Below, in pieces: positions 22,615 to 35,397 of a DNA stretch of 64,000 bases; position 1 is the stretch's first letter, and every line of letters begins with the position of its first letter. The stretch covers positions 5,183 through 69,182 of the forward strand of contig CACKXH010000002.1 of NCBI GenBank assembly GCA_902604005.1. The letters run 5' to 3'. A program made the position numbers and the translations under genes. This DNA is from an uncultured Pelagibacteraceae bacterium (GTDB lineage Bacteria; Pseudomonadota; Alphaproteobacteria; Pelagibacterales; Pelagibacteraceae). The notes beneath the pieces were generated by a model. It was not told the DNA's origin. It ran no database searches and worked only from the letters and a program-made list of their open reading frames with translations.

Positions 22615-23462
22615 ATTTGAAAACATTTTATAGAATTTATTATCGCCATAGAGTTTTAAAGGCAACAATCTTTTTAAAGATATATTTATTTATATCTTTG
22701 ATGTTTAAATATGTCTTAAATCTATTTTATTTTCCAAAAACTGTTGACTTAGACTCTTTATTATTGAAAAAAAATTTTTTAATTGAAAAAGATTTAAATT
22801 ATTTATTTGAATATTTTAACTCAGATAAAGGTGAGAAATATTATGATCAATATAAACAACCTTATTTACAAAAACGAAATATAATAACTGCTCATGGCTA
22901 TGCTAAATATTATGAAAAATATTTTAGTAATATAAAAAAAAGATCACTAAATATTATTGAAATTGGTTCATTTTATGGACATGCCTCAGCTGCTTTATTT
23001 TTTTATTTTGAGAATTCTTTTATTTATAGTGCAGATATAAATCCAGATATGTATATTTATAATTCAAAGAGAATAAAAAATTTTTTTTTAAACTCATCTT
23101 CGGAAATTTCAATTAAAAAAGATTTAATTAATAGAGATATAAATTTTGATATTATAATAGAGGATGCAAGCCACATGCTTAAAGATCAGATAATTTCATT
23201 ATTTATGCTATTTAGAATTTTAAATCCTGGAGGATATTTTATAATTGAGGAAATCGACTTTCCGGAAAAAAGAGAAGATATGAGGATCAATCAAGATTTG
23301 CCTGATTTAAAAACAATATTAAAAAAGATAAATTTAAAACAAGATTTTAAATCTAGATATATTAACGAGGAAGAAAAAGAATATTTTTTAAAAAATTTTG
23401 AAAAAATAATTTTTCATACTGGAAATTTAAATGAATTTGTTATTATAAAAAAAAAGATTTAG
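22611..23462 (+). CDS. Putative SAM-dependent (sugar O-)methyltransferase
   Basis: SDKG...HGYAKYYE, IIEIG, DIIIEDASH, LNPGGYFIIEE. Confidence 0.7.
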   Translation: MNLKTFYRIYYRHRVLKATIFLKIYLFISLMFKYVLNLFYFPKTVDLDSLLLKKNFLIEKDLNYLFEYFNSDKGEKYYDQYKQPYLQKRNIITAHGYAKYYEKYFSNIKKRSLNIIEIGSFYGHASAALFFYFENSFIYSADINPDMYIYNSKRIKNFFLNSSSEISIKKDLINRDINFDIIIEDASHMLKDQIISLFMLFRILNPGGYFIIEEIDFPEKREDMRINQDLPDLKTILKKINLKQDFKSRYINEEEKEYFLKNFEKIIFHTGNLNEFVIIKKKI

Positions 23463-23476
23463 ACTAAGTTACAAAA

Positions 23477-24199
23477 TTAATATTTATCAAGAACTTTCAT
23501 AAAATCATTGATATTTAAGATATTCATTATTTTTTTATGCTCTGAATAAAAAAGTTGAAACTTCAATTTTTCAAAATTTTCATTATTTAGATCAAGTAAA
23601 TTTTTATTTTCCCTTTTTAAAACTACTCCTATACCGTGGTCTGCATAAATAGTATAACAATCAGTATTATGCTTCGTTCTTTGCTCCACTAGAGATTTCC
23701 ATACATCTCCATTCCAATCCCTCTCTGTTCTTGGAACAGCTTGTGCAGATAAGTTTTTTGGTAGACAATCATGAATAAGTATTATTCCTTTTTCATTTAA
23801 ACAGCTAATTGAGTTTTTTAAATCTTTTTTAACTTGATCATAATGATGTAGTCCATCTATAAAAATACAGTCAAATTTTTCTTTATTTTGGATAAAAAAA
23901 TCATCACTAGTCATTCTTCTGTTTCCACCTGAAAAAGGGTCTACACCAATCTTGTGAGAACATTTAATTTTTGAAAAAACTTCATCCTGATAAGTTCCAA
24001 TCTCAAGATAGGATGAGTATTTTTTTTTATCTATAATGGACTGTATTATTTCAATTCTACTTGGTTCAGAATTAAAATTAAATGGTAAGTCTCCAGGATC
24101 TTTTTCTCCAAAAAATTTTCTGTAATATTTAAATATTTTATATAAAAATCTTGGTCTTTTAAGAATTGACATTCTTATATATAACTTCTCAAAAAGCAT
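23477..24199 (-). CDS. Class I SAM-dependent methyltransferase (Methyltransf_24-like)
   Basis: YLEIG, GVDP, TSDDFF, DCIFIDGLH, ILIHDC, WNGDVWK. Confidence 0.85.
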   Translation of the reverse strand: MLFEKLYIRMSILKRPRFLYKIFKYYRKFFGEKDPGDLPFNFNSEPSRIEIIQSIIDKKKYSSYLEIGTYQDEVFSKIKCSHKIGVDPFSGGNRRMTSDDFFIQNKEKFDCIFIDGLHHYDQVKKDLKNSISCLNEKGIILIHDCLPKNLSAQAVPRTERDWNGDVWKSLVEQRTKHNTDCYTIYADHGIGVVLKRENKNLLDLNNENFEKLKFQLFYSEHKKIMNILNINDFMKVLDKY

Positions 24200-24208
24200 T
24201 AATAATTT

Positions 24209-25303
24209 TTATTTAATTAGCGATTTTAATTTATCGATATTTACATTTATGTCACCTACGAAGTTCGAACTTTTTTCGATATCAGTAGAATATAGTTTAT
24301 AATCAAGTTTATTAATTGACGAAATTCTTTCGTATATTTTATTTGGATGATTTGCTGGTCGAATTTCTATAACTTTAGTATTTGGTTCACAAAAAGATAA
24401 ATTAGCAAATCCAGCACCGTGTGCCCCCAGGATTATTTTTGAATTATTAAATAATGAAATTTGCTCAACAAAAGTTAATTCCTCTAATTTGATAATTTTA
24501 AAGCCAGATCTAGTAAGAAATTCAATAGTATCCTCGTAATTGATAATCTGACAATGTTTAAATTTTGAATTGGACCTATCAATAAATATTTTATCCACAA
24601 TATTAATCTTTTTAGATTTTTGTATAAAACTTTCTCGAAGCCAATGAATGATCCATTCTGGTAATTTTTGATGTTCTTCCATTATGTAACCACGGTAATA
24701 ATTTGGATGTTGAGTGGCAATTATTTCATCTGATTGAATGTGTCTAAATCTACTTGAGTCAATAATTTTGATATTTTCAAGGTTAAGTAATTCAAAAGTT
24801 AATTTTTGAAATTGAATCAATTTATTTACATAAATATTGGACAGTTCCTTCAAACTAAATTTCTCTTCATAAAGTTTGATTTTAGGCAACATATCAAATA
24901 ACCAATGTGCATAATTAGTATGTCCACTAGCACCCTGAGCTAAATTTAGTGTTCTACCCTTAAAATATTTCTTAATTCTCGGTGTCCCTTTTTTAATACA
25001 AACATTAAACGAGGGGTCTTTAAGTTCACCTTTAATTTGTTGATATGAGACTTCACCACAAAGATAATTTTTATCAATAATACCCACATGCTCGACATTG
25101 TCTGTGTAGATTCTCCCTTTAGGAATTAAGTATATTTTATATTTTTTGTTATAAAAATTTAAAATATTTTTCGAATTTATTTCAAAAATTTTAAAGCTAT
25201 TAATTTGATTATTATAAGTATTTATTTTTCCATAAATTTTTTTAAAAATCCAATAAAAAAAATTTTTAAAAATTATTTGAAGAATCTTTTTAAATTTTAT
25301 CAT
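24209..25303 (-). CDS. Glycosyltransferase family 61 (DUF563)
   Basis: NYAHWLFDMLP, FIDR, EQISLF, GAHGAGFANL, VIEI. Confidence 0.85.
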   Translation of the reverse strand: MIKFKKILQIIFKNFFYWIFKKIYGKINTYNNQINSFKIFEINSKNILNFYNKKYKIYLIPKGRIYTDNVEHVGIIDKNYLCGEVSYQQIKGELKDPSFNVCIKKGTPRIKKYFKGRTLNLAQGASGHTNYAHWLFDMLPKIKLYEEKFSLKELSNIYVNKLIQFQKLTFELLNLENIKIIDSSRFRHIQSDEIIATQHPNYYRGYIMEEHQKLPEWIIHWLRESFIQKSKKINIVDKIFIDRSNSKFKHCQIINYEDTIEFLTRSGFKIIKLEELTFVEQISLFNNSKIILGAHGAGFANLSFCEPNTKVIEIRPANHPNKIYERISSINKLDYKLYSTDIEKSSNFVGDINVNIDKLKSLIK

Positions 25304-27306
25304 TTTAACTTAAATGCCAAGATTAGATTTCCATCATTAATTAACTGAGGATAGCCTTTTTTCAATGTTCTTCCCCCACTTGCATGCACAATTATGTATT
25401 GTTCATTTTTATATAAATAAGTTGTTGGTGGTGATGAACCTACATATGGCATTTTATATTCATATAATATCTTTCCATTATCTGAATTATAAATAAATAA
25501 TTTTTTATCTAGAGTTCCAGTTGCAATTAAAATTTGACCAGCAGTAGAAGTTACACCACCAAAATTTTCAGTTCCTGTTTTTTTAATACCCATCTTTTTT
25601 AGATTTTCATATTCTCCGAAAGGTACCTGCCAAATTATCTTTCCATTGTTAAGATTTAATGCCGTCAAAGTACCCCAGGGTGGTTTAGTAATTGGATAGC
25701 CCGAGTCATCTAAAGCTCTTTTAAATTTACTTTTATATATTGGTATTAATATTTTTTTATCATTTATTCTCTCTAATTCAGCTATCCAAGGAATATTATT
25801 AGATGTTACGTAGAATATTTGAGACTCAGGATTGACTGATCCACCCATCCATTCTGCTCCACCATTAAAACTGTACTGTAAATTTTTTTTCCCTATCTCA
25901 TAAGTTTCATAAAATCCAAACTTATGATCTTTATAATTTTCCTTTAATTTTTCCAATTGTACAGGATCATAAGACCAAATATCATTAAAATTAAACTTAT
26001 TTTTACCAAATGGTTCAGGTATTTCTAGATCAGGTTGATAAGGATGTGTTTTTTCACCAACTATTTTAGAAACCGGAGCTTTACTTAATTTATACTCGAA
26101 AATTGGTTTTCCACTAATTCTGTCTAAAATTAAGGTATTTGATCTTTTAGTTGGGGTAAGAACTATATCAATCAATTCTCCTTCTTTTTTAATAGATGTG
26201 ATTATAGGGGGAGCGGGTAAATCAGAGTTCCAAATATCATGAGCTGTTTCTTGAAAATCCCAAATTATTTTTCTTTTATTCAAATCTACTGCTATTATGC
26301 TATTAGACATTCGATTTTTTCCAGGTCTTCTAGATCCATCAAAATAATAGTGAGGATTTCCAGTTGTAAAATATAAAATTCCTCTACTAATATCAGCAGA
26401 TATTCCTCCCCAGGGGTTAGACCCAGAATTATTATATTTAACACCACCTACTCGGTTTTTATTTTTTTTTTGATATTTTAACTTCCATTTAATCTTTCCT
26501 GAAACTAGGTCATAAACTTCGATTGCTTTTTCCCAAGTTACAATAACTATGTTGTCTTTATAAATTACAGGTGTCATTACATTAAGTCCTGATCTGACTT
26601 TTCCATTTTTTCCAAAACTTTTTATAAATTTTCCATCTTTTGCATCTAAAGAAATTAACCTTTCTCTATTAGAAAAAATTATTCTAGGTTTCTCAATCTT
26701 ATTTCCTTCCCAATAGATCAATCCTCTTTTTGCAGCAAAGCTACCTAATTTTTCAGATTTCCAAATAAGCTTTCCAGTTTTACCATCTAAAGCAACGATA
26801 TATCCACCTGCAATAGGTGTATAAATTTTACCATCAAAGAAAATAGGATTAGCTTGAATATCTCCTTTTTCACCAGTCATTTCAAAAGTCCAAGCCAACT
26901 CTAAATTTTGGGAGTTTTTATTATTAATTAATTTTAATTTGGAATATCGATTTGAATGGTTATTGCCATGGCTTCTAAACCAATTATCTTTATTTGAAAT
27001 AATTTCATGTGTATTTTTTGTAACATTTATAGCAGGACTAATAGTTTTAGATGAAGGAAGTTTATCTCTTGATTCTTGACTCTCTAAAGTCCAATAATCT
27101 TTATGATCTTCAATATTTTTGGTGTAAAAATTCTCTAAGAAATTATTATATTTCGTAAAGAGGTACTTAAGATATTTATTATTAAGGTTGCTGTAGTCGT
27201 AAGTGATGTTATTTTGATTTAAATAACTTGTATCAATTTTTTTTAAATCTTTCCAAATCCACAAAGAAAATACAAAAAAGATAAAAAAAATTATTTTTTT
27301 TTTCAT
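25300..27306 (-). CDS. PQQ-binding beta-propeller dehydrogenase (glucose/quinate dehydrogenase-like) with single N-terminal anchor
   Basis: RYSKLKLIN...LELAWTF, ALDGKTGKLIW, FQETAHDIWNSDLPAPP, GGAEWMG, PPWGTLTALNL, PTTY. Confidence 0.85.
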   Translation of the reverse strand: MKKKIIFFIFFVFSLWIWKDLKKIDTSYLNQNNITYDYSNLNNKYLKYLFTKYNNFLENFYTKNIEDHKDYWTLESQESRDKLPSSKTISPAINVTKNTHEIISNKDNWFRSHGNNHSNRYSKLKLINNKNSQNLELAWTFEMTGEKGDIQANPIFFDGKIYTPIAGGYIVALDGKTGKLIWKSEKLGSFAAKRGLIYWEGNKIEKPRIIFSNRERLISLDAKDGKFIKSFGKNGKVRSGLNVMTPVIYKDNIVIVTWEKAIEVYDLVSGKIKWKLKYQKKNKNRVGGVKYNNSGSNPWGGISADISRGILYFTTGNPHYYFDGSRRPGKNRMSNSIIAVDLNKRKIIWDFQETAHDIWNSDLPAPPIITSIKKEGELIDIVLTPTKRSNTLILDRISGKPIFEYKLSKAPVSKIVGEKTHPYQPDLEIPEPFGKNKFNFNDIWSYDPVQLEKLKENYKDHKFGFYETYEIGKKNLQYSFNGGAEWMGGSVNPESQIFYVTSNNIPWIAELERINDKKILIPIYKSKFKRALDDSGYPITKPPWGTLTALNLNNGKIIWQVPFGEYENLKKMGIKKTGTENFGGVTSTAGQILIATGTLDKKLFIYNSDNGKILYEYKMPYVGSSPPTTYLYKNEQYIIVHASGGRTLKKGYPQLINDGNLILAFKLK

Positions 27307-27401
27307 TATTATATATATCTAAATATCATATTACTTAAATGAAAAAAATTTGTTTAAATATGTGTGACAAATCTATTTTCTTTGAATAGTATAATTTATT
27401 A

Positions 27402-28298
27402 ATGAATTCTATAAGAAATTTGAATAAGTGTGATCAAATTACAATAATAATAGTTTTATATAAAGAGACTGCAGAAATTGTTTTCAAAACTCTTCAAACA
27501 ATAAAAAATTTTAAGATAATTATAATTGATAATGGTGGAGATAAGTTTTTAAAGAAAAAAATTTGTCAAAAATTCAATATTGAAAAATATATTCTTAATC
27601 CAAAAAATAAAGGTTTTTCCGCAGGTTATAATCAAGGAATATTTATGAGTAAGACAACTTATACAATGGTTTTAAACCCAGACTGTATAATATCTGAAGA
27701 TAGTGTAATTTTATTATCTGATAAACTTTCTAGATATAACGAAGCACTTATCGTTTCTCCAAGATCTTTTGATGAAGAAAAAAAGTTAACTTTTTCTAGT
27801 GGGTTGTTACCAGAAAATGGGGACAAAAATATAATATTTAATATTGATGGAGACACATGTGTAGAAAATACACTTGGATCTTGTATGTTATTTAGAACTG
27901 AAGAAGTTATAAAAAAAAACTTATTTTTTGATGAATTTTTTTTTTTATATTTCTCAGATGATGACCTTTGTAGAAGAATAAAAGAAAAAAAAGGATCTAT
28001 TATTCAAGTTTATGATGCTTCTTGTATTCATTCTCATGGTAAAATGAAAGTAAAAAATATTTTTAAAAGAACTTTTTTAAGAGAATTTCATTTTACTTTT
28101 GATAGATTTTATTATTTTTTTAAGATTAACAAGCATCATGACATGGTAAATAATTTTAAAAAAAAGAAATTTAACTATATAGTAAGAATATTTTTGAAAT
28201 TAATAACTTTTCAGTTTGTTGATAGTTTGAAAATTATTTCAAAATTAATTGCTTTTTCAAAATTTATTGATTTAATAAAAAAAAAGAGAGATGGCTGA
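27402..28298 (+). CDS. Glycosyltransferase family 2 (rhamnosyltransferase-like)
   Basis: [40 protein letters not shown]; stop codon lies inside tRNA-Ser. Confidence 0.88.
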   Translation: MNSIRNLNKCDQITIIIVLYKETAEIVFKTLQTIKNFKIIIIDNGGDKFLKKKICQKFNIEKYILNPKNKGFSAGYNQGIFMSKTTYTMVLNPDCIISEDSVILLSDKLSRYNEALIVSPRSFDEEKKLTFSSGLLPENGDKNIIFNIDGDTCVENTLGSCMLFRTEEVIKKNLFFDEFFFLYFSDDDLCRRIKEKKGSIIQVYDASCIHSHGKMKVKNIFKRTFLREFHFTFDRFYYFFKINKHHDMVNNFKKKKFNYIVRIFLKLITFQFVDSLKIISKLIAFSKFIDLIKKKRDG

Positions 28299-28374
28299 GT
28301 GGTTTAAAGCGCACGCTTGGAAAGTGTGTATACGGGAAACTGTATCGAGGGTTCGAATCCCTCTCTCTCTGCCA
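28285..28374 (+). tRNA. tRNA-Ser(GGA)
   Basis: Acceptor AGAGAGA/TCTCTCT, anticodon loop TTGGAAA, long variable arm, GTTCGAATC, G73 and encoded CCA. Confidence 0.96.
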
Positions 28375-28483
28375 TTAATTTCCTTTATTTAGAAGCTTTA
28401 TTTGACATTAGAATGAGTAAAAATTTTTTTATTAAAAAGATTTTTATTAAAAAAATGGTATAATTATCTTTTCCTAAATATAA

Positions 28484-30538
<2,055 letters not shown>

Positions 30539-30540
30539 AA

Positions 30541-31821
30541 ATGAAGTTTTTCGAAACTTCAAAATATCATTCATTTAAAAAATCAACTTATGTTAGTTTA
30601 AGATGGATTGGAATTGCTGGACAACTAATAGCTGTTAATTTTGTTTATTTTTTTTTAAACTTTAGTTTTGATTTTATCCTAGCTAATATTGTAATTTTTT
30701 TTGGAATTTTAAGTAATTTATATTTAATTTTAATCTATAAAAAATCTCAACTATCAGACAGATCAGCATTTATTTTTTTGTTAATAGACATATTACAATT
30801 AAGTATATTACTTTTCTTAACAGGTGGAGTAGTTAATCCATTTGTGATATTTTTATTAATCCCAAGCGTTTTTTCATCGTCAAATTTGAGCTTTAAAACT
30901 AATATTTTACTTGTATTTTTTACTTTATTTTCAATTATTTTTATTACATTTTATTCTAAAGATTTGCCCGCTCCATTGAGTGATCATTTCCATGTAAGCC
31001 CGTATTATTATTACGCTATTCCAGTTTCACTAATAATTGCTTTAATTTTTTTGAACTATTTTGCTATGACATTTGGAACGCAATCACGGTTAAGAAAAGA
31101 AGCGCTTGCAAAGATGGAAGAAGTAATGGCTAAAGAACATGAACTTTTGTCTTTAGGTGGTCAAGCTGCAGCAGCAGCACATTCTTTAGGAACTCCTCTC
31201 TCAACAATTAAGATAATTATTCAAGATCTTACAAAACAATTTAAGGGTCAAAAGGAAATCGAAAAAGATATAGAACTATTATCAAGTCAAGTAGAAAGAT
31301 GTAATGAAATTTTAAAACGTTTAAGCCTAAATCCTGTGGAGGAAGATAATTTTATTGATAAAGATTTAACAATGAGAGATTATTTAAATGAAATTATCTC
31401 ATCTTTTAAAGATATTAGCAAAAAAAAATTTATTTTTAATTTTGATCAAGATTCAAGTAAAAAAAAAATAACTAAATCTATAGAAATAGTTTATGGTTTA
31501 AGAAATTTTATTGGCAATGCTAATAAATTTTCAAAAGAAAAAATTTATATAAACTTAAGAAGCAACAATGAATTTACAGAGGTAACAATTGAAGATGATG
31601 GAAATGGATATCCAAGAGATGTTTTATCTAAAATTGGTGAGCCGTATTTAAGATCAAACGATTCACGAGATAAAGCAAAAGAAGGCTTAGGTCTTGGTTT
31701 ATTTATTGGAAAAACTCTCTTAGAAAAAAATTTTGCATCTGTAAATTGTCAAAATTCAAAAATTAGAAGTGGAGCAGAAATAATTGTAAAATGGAAAAAT
31801 AAAGATTTATTTAATATCTAA
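30541..31821 (+). CDS. regB: RegB/PrrB/ActS redox-sensing histidine kinase
   Basis: LRWI, quinone-binding [20 protein letters not shown]-box, redox Cys in ERCNEIL, DDGNG and GLGLGL. Confidence 0.9.
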   Translation: MKFFETSKYHSFKKSTYVSLRWIGIAGQLIAVNFVYFFLNFSFDFILANIVIFFGILSNLYLILIYKKSQLSDRSAFIFLLIDILQLSILLFLTGGVVNPFVIFLLIPSVFSSSNLSFKTNILLVFFTLFSIIFITFYSKDLPAPLSDHFHVSPYYYYAIPVSLIIALIFLNYFAMTFGTQSRLRKEALAKMEEVMAKEHELLSLGGQAAAAAHSLGTPLSTIKIIIQDLTKQFKGQKEIEKDIELLSSQVERCNEILKRLSLNPVEEDNFIDKDLTMRDYLNEIISSFKDISKKKFIFNFDQDSSKKKITKSIEIVYGLRNFIGNANKFSKEKIYINLRSNNEFTEVTIEDDGNGYPRDVLSKIGEPYLRSNDSRDKAKEGLGLGLFIGKTLLEKNFASVNCQNSKIRSGAEIIVKWKNKDLFNI

Positions 31822-33623
31822 TGAAATTTTTTCTTAGTATCAAATAACGAGCTTAATTGTGATATCATCACATCACCAAGTTCATTGACATCAGTAATTT
31901 TGATTGCTTTGTCATAATATCTAGAAACGTCATGGCCAATTCCAATTGCTAGAATTTCTATTTCAGATTTATTTTCTATAAATTTAACCATTTTCTTAAG
32001 ATGTTTTTCTAAAAAGTCTCCTGAATTTACAGAAAGAGTAGAATCATCTACAGGAGCACCATCAGAAATAACCATTAATATCTTTCTTTCTTCTTTTCTT
32101 TTCTTAATTCTGTTGTACGCCCATAATATTGCTTCTCCATCTATATTTTCTTTTAGTAATCCTTCTTTAAGCATTAAGCCTAAATTATTTTTAGCTTGTC
32201 TCCAATGAGTGTCGGCACCTTTATATATAATATGTCTTAAATCGTTTAGTCGTCCCGGAGTTTTTGGTTTTAAGTATTTATTCCATAACTCTCTGCTTTG
32301 CCCACCTTTCCAGTTTTTTGTGGTGAAACCTAAAATTTCAACTTTTACCGAGCACCTTTCCAAAGTTCTAGACAATATATCAGCACAAATTGCTGCTATA
32401 GTTATAGGTCTTCCTCTCATTGAGCCAGAATTATCTATTAATAATGTTACAACTGTATCTTTAAAATCTAAGTCTTTTTCTTTTTTAAAGGATAGAGAAT
32501 TATAAGGGTCCATTATAATTCTTGGTAATTTTGAACTATCCAGTAGACCTTCCTCTAAATCAAATTCCCACGCACGATTTTGTTTAGCTAATAATTGTCT
32601 TTGAAGCTTATTTGCTAATTTAGTAATAACGTCCTGAAATCCAATTAGCTGTTGATCTAATGTTTTTCTTAATTTTACAGACTCATCGAAACTTTCTAAA
32701 TTTTCTGCTTTAGTTATCTCATCAAATTGATTTGTGAATATCTTGTAATCAAGATTTAAGTTATTTAAGTCTTTTTTCTGTATTACTTGTTCATTGCTTT
32801 GTTTATCAGAGTCTGTGTCAACAAGTTGTTCATCTAGCTTATATTCATCAATATCATAATCAGAGTCTAAGCTTGCCTGAGTTTCTTGTTCTTTATTTTG
32901 ATCTTTTTTATCCTCCGATTCTGATTGCTGATCATCATTTGATGGATTATTCTGACCATCTTCTTGATTCTCTTCTTTTGTTTCATCATCTTCATTTTGA
33001 AAAATATCCATTTTTTTAAGAATCTCAGAAAATTTTGATGAATAATTGTTTTGGTTTTCTAAATTGGATTTTAAATAATCTATATGTTTACCAACTGAAG
33101 TTTCAAAATCATTTTTCCAAAAATCTAACATTTTGTTAGTTAGAGAATTTAGCTCAATGTTATGGAATTTTTTTAACATATAAAGTTCGAATGCCTCTAC
33201 AATACTTACATCTTCCTTTGTTTTAAGCTGATCTTTTCTTTTAAAATTTATTATTTGATTATAATTATCTTTTAGATTTTTATTAATTCCCTTAAGCATC
33301 TGAGTACCTAAAGCCTCATATCTAATTTTTTCAGCTATAGAATAAAGTGATTTACAAGAAGTATTCGAAGGTAAATTTTTTTTATAAATTTCTTCATTTG
33401 AAAACTTTTTTTTCAAAGCAGAGGAATCTGTTTCAGCTCTAGCTTTAATAAAATCACTTTTCGTATTTAAGTTATCAAACTCAAAAAATTCAAATTTTTT
33501 TGAACTTTGATTTTTTTCTATCTTTTCATTGTTTTCAATATTATCTGAAATAACTTTATAAGTTGAACTGAGTGCTTGTTTTAATTTCTCTTTTAAATTT
33601 GCACCTTTTTGGCTATTATTCAT
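31818..33623 (-). CDS. cobT: Cobaltochelatase CobT-like vWA protein
   Basis: Acidic linker, [25 protein letters not shown] motif, [16 protein letters not shown]. Confidence 0.95.
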   Translation of the reverse strand: MNNSQKGANLKEKLKQALSSTYKVISDNIENNEKIEKNQSSKKFEFFEFDNLNTKSDFIKARAETDSSALKKKFSNEEIYKKNLPSNTSCKSLYSIAEKIRYEALGTQMLKGINKNLKDNYNQIINFKRKDQLKTKEDVSIVEAFELYMLKKFHNIELNSLTNKMLDFWKNDFETSVGKHIDYLKSNLENQNNYSSKFSEILKKMDIFQNEDDETKEENQEDGQNNPSNDDQQSESEDKKDQNKEQETQASLDSDYDIDEYKLDEQLVDTDSDKQSNEQVIQKKDLNNLNLDYKIFTNQFDEITKAENLESFDESVKLRKTLDQQLIGFQDVITKLANKLQRQLLAKQNRAWEFDLEEGLLDSSKLPRIIMDPYNSLSFKKEKDLDFKDTVVTLLIDNSGSMRGRPITIAAICADILSRTLERCSVKVEILGFTTKNWKGGQSRELWNKYLKPKTPGRLNDLRHIIYKGADTHWRQAKNNLGLMLKEGLLKENIDGEAILWAYNRIKKRKEERKILMVISDGAPVDDSTLSVNSGDFLEKHLKKMVKFIENKSEIEILAIGIGHDVSRYYDKAIKITDVNELGDVMISQLSSLFDTKKKFH

Positions 33624-34598
33624 CTATATTTGAATGTTCGCTAGTGACTCTGGTAACTCTTCACCAAAACATCTTTGATAATACTCTGCTATAATATTTT
33701 TTTCAATCTCATCACATTTATTTAAAAAAGTAACCCTAAATGCATAACCAGTGTCTTTAAAAATTTCAGTATTTTCTGCCCAATGCAAGACGGTTCTAGG
33801 ACTCATTACTGTAGAAATATCACCAGCAACAAAACCCTTTCTTGTTAATGATGCAACTTTAATCATATTAGCAACTTTTTCTTTCCCTTTTTGATTGTTA
33901 AGAGCTTTATTTTTTGCCAATATAATTTCCATTTCTTTATCAAGACTTAGATAGTTTAATGTTGTCACTATATTCCATCTATCCATTTGACCTTGGTTTA
34001 TTTGTTGAGTCCCATGATATAATCCAGATGTATCACCTAAGCCCACAGTATTTGAGGTAGCAAATAATCTAAAAAATTTATTTTGTTTAATAACTTTATT
34101 TTTATCAAGAAGTGTAAAATTTCCCTCTGCTTCCAGAACTCTTTGAATTACAAACATCACATCTGGTCTTCCCGCATCATATTCATCAAAAACCAGTGCA
34201 ACTGGGTTTTGAATAGACCACGGTAAAATACCTTCATTAAATTGAGTTACTTGTTTTCCGTCTTTAAGAACAATCGCATCTTTTCCAATTAAATCGATTC
34301 TACTAACATGACTATCTAAATTAACTCTAATACACGGCCAATTTAATCTTGCTGCTATTTGTTCTATGTGAGTTGATTTACCTGTTCCATGATACCCTTG
34401 AACCAAAACCCTTTTATTGAAAGCAAATCCAGAAATGATTGCAAGTGTTGTATCCTTGTCAAATTTGTAATTTTTATCTATGTCAGGAACATATTCACTT
34501 TTTTTTGAAAAAGCATTTACTTCCATCTCTGTGTCAAATCCAAAAGTTTGTTTTATCGAAACTTTTATATCAGGCTGTAAGTTTAAATCAGGTGTCAA
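33624..34598 (-). CDS. cobS: Cobaltochelatase CobS-like AAA+ ATPase
   Basis: GYHGTGKST Walker [11 protein letters not shown] Walker B, QMDRW, MSPRT. Confidence 0.96.
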   Translation of the reverse strand: MTPDLNLQPDIKVSIKQTFGFDTEMEVNAFSKKSEYVPDIDKNYKFDKDTTLAIISGFAFNKRVLVQGYHGTGKSTHIEQIAARLNWPCIRVNLDSHVSRIDLIGKDAIVLKDGKQVTQFNEGILPWSIQNPVALVFDEYDAGRPDVMFVIQRVLEAEGNFTLLDKNKVIKQNKFFRLFATSNTVGLGDTSGLYHGTQQINQGQMDRWNIVTTLNYLSLDKEMEIILAKNKALNNQKGKEKVANMIKVASLTRKGFVAGDISTVMSPRTVLHWAENTEIFKDTGYAFRVTFLNKCDEIEKNIIAEYYQRCFGEELPESLANIQI

Positions 34599-35115
34599 TT
34601 TTTTCTCTGTAAGTATTTTTTAACTGAGTATAAGCTAAAGTAATTAATTTTAGTTTTTCTTCATATTTTTTATTTCCAGCATTCATATCAGGGTGAAATT
34701 TTTTGACAAGGATTTTGAATTTTTCCTGTATTTTTTGCCATTTTAAACCAACAGAAACTCCCAAAATACTAAAGGCTTTTATATCTTTATGATCAAATTT
34801 AAATTGACGCATGTGATTGTAGTCACTTTTAAACTTATCTTTATCTAGTTCATCTTTTAAAGTGTTGTTCCATAAAACTTTAAAAAAATTATCTGAAGAA
34901 CTAAAGCTTTGAGTGGGTTTATGCCAAATCATATCTGATTTTAAAAATTTGAGCACTTGACTATCATTCATTCCAGAAAAGTAATTCCAATTCTTGTTGA
35001 ATTCTTTAACATGCTCTAGACACAGCATTCTAAACTTTTTACTGTTATCTTTTTCAATTGGTGCCTTGTATTCTCCAATTTCTTTACAATTTTTCCAGTC
35101 ACAAATATATTTCAT
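34588..35115 (-). CDS. Type III J-domain protein with N-terminal Cys motif
   Basis: CDWKNC...CLEHVKEFN; C-terminal J-domain with HPD. Confidence 0.9.
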   Translation of the reverse strand: MKYICDWKNCKEIGEYKAPIEKDNSKKFRMLCLEHVKEFNKNWNYFSGMNDSQVLKFLKSDMIWHKPTQSFSSSDNFFKVLWNNTLKDELDKDKFKSDYNHMRQFKFDHKDIKAFSILGVSVGLKWQKIQEKFKILVKKFHPDMNAGNKKYEEKLKLITLAYTQLKNTYREKIDT

Positions 35116-35136
35116 GATATATAATAAATTTAATTT

Positions 35137-35397
35137 ATGGATATAAATGAGTTAATTGCAATTGTAAAAAAAAAAATTGAAGATCAACTTTTAATAAGTA
35201 GTATTTATATAGAGGACAAATCTTTTTTACATAAAAATCATAAAGGAAACCAAAAAGGGAAGTATCATTTAAAAATATCAATAAAGTCTGAAGAATTAAA
35301 AAAAATGAATAAAATTGAAAGTAATAAAATAATTTATAAAATTTTAAATTATGAATTAAAAAATTTTATTCATTCGTTACAAATATTAATTTATTAA
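35137..35397 (+). CDS. BolA family protein
   Basis: EDKSFLHKNH...HLKISIKS...IHSLQI; usual position beside J-domain gene and aroB. Confidence 0.8.
   Translation: MDINELIAIVKKKIEDQLLISSIYIEDKSFLHKNHKGNQKGKYHLKISIKSEELKKMNKIESNKIIYKILNYELKNFIHSLQILIY

Larger units (their letters stand above)
20258..28298. other. Surface glycan modification island between lepA and tRNA-Ser
   Basis: Eight accessory ORFs (glycosyltransferases, methyltransferases, sugar reductase, PQQ propeller) in mixed orientation between core genes; no mobility gene. Confidence 0.75.

Noticed and set aside
27936-27946. T11 homopolymer in GT2 as a phase-variation tract
   Set aside because: It encodes the conserved FFFL motif, and similar A/T runs occur in core genes such as dapE and trpA
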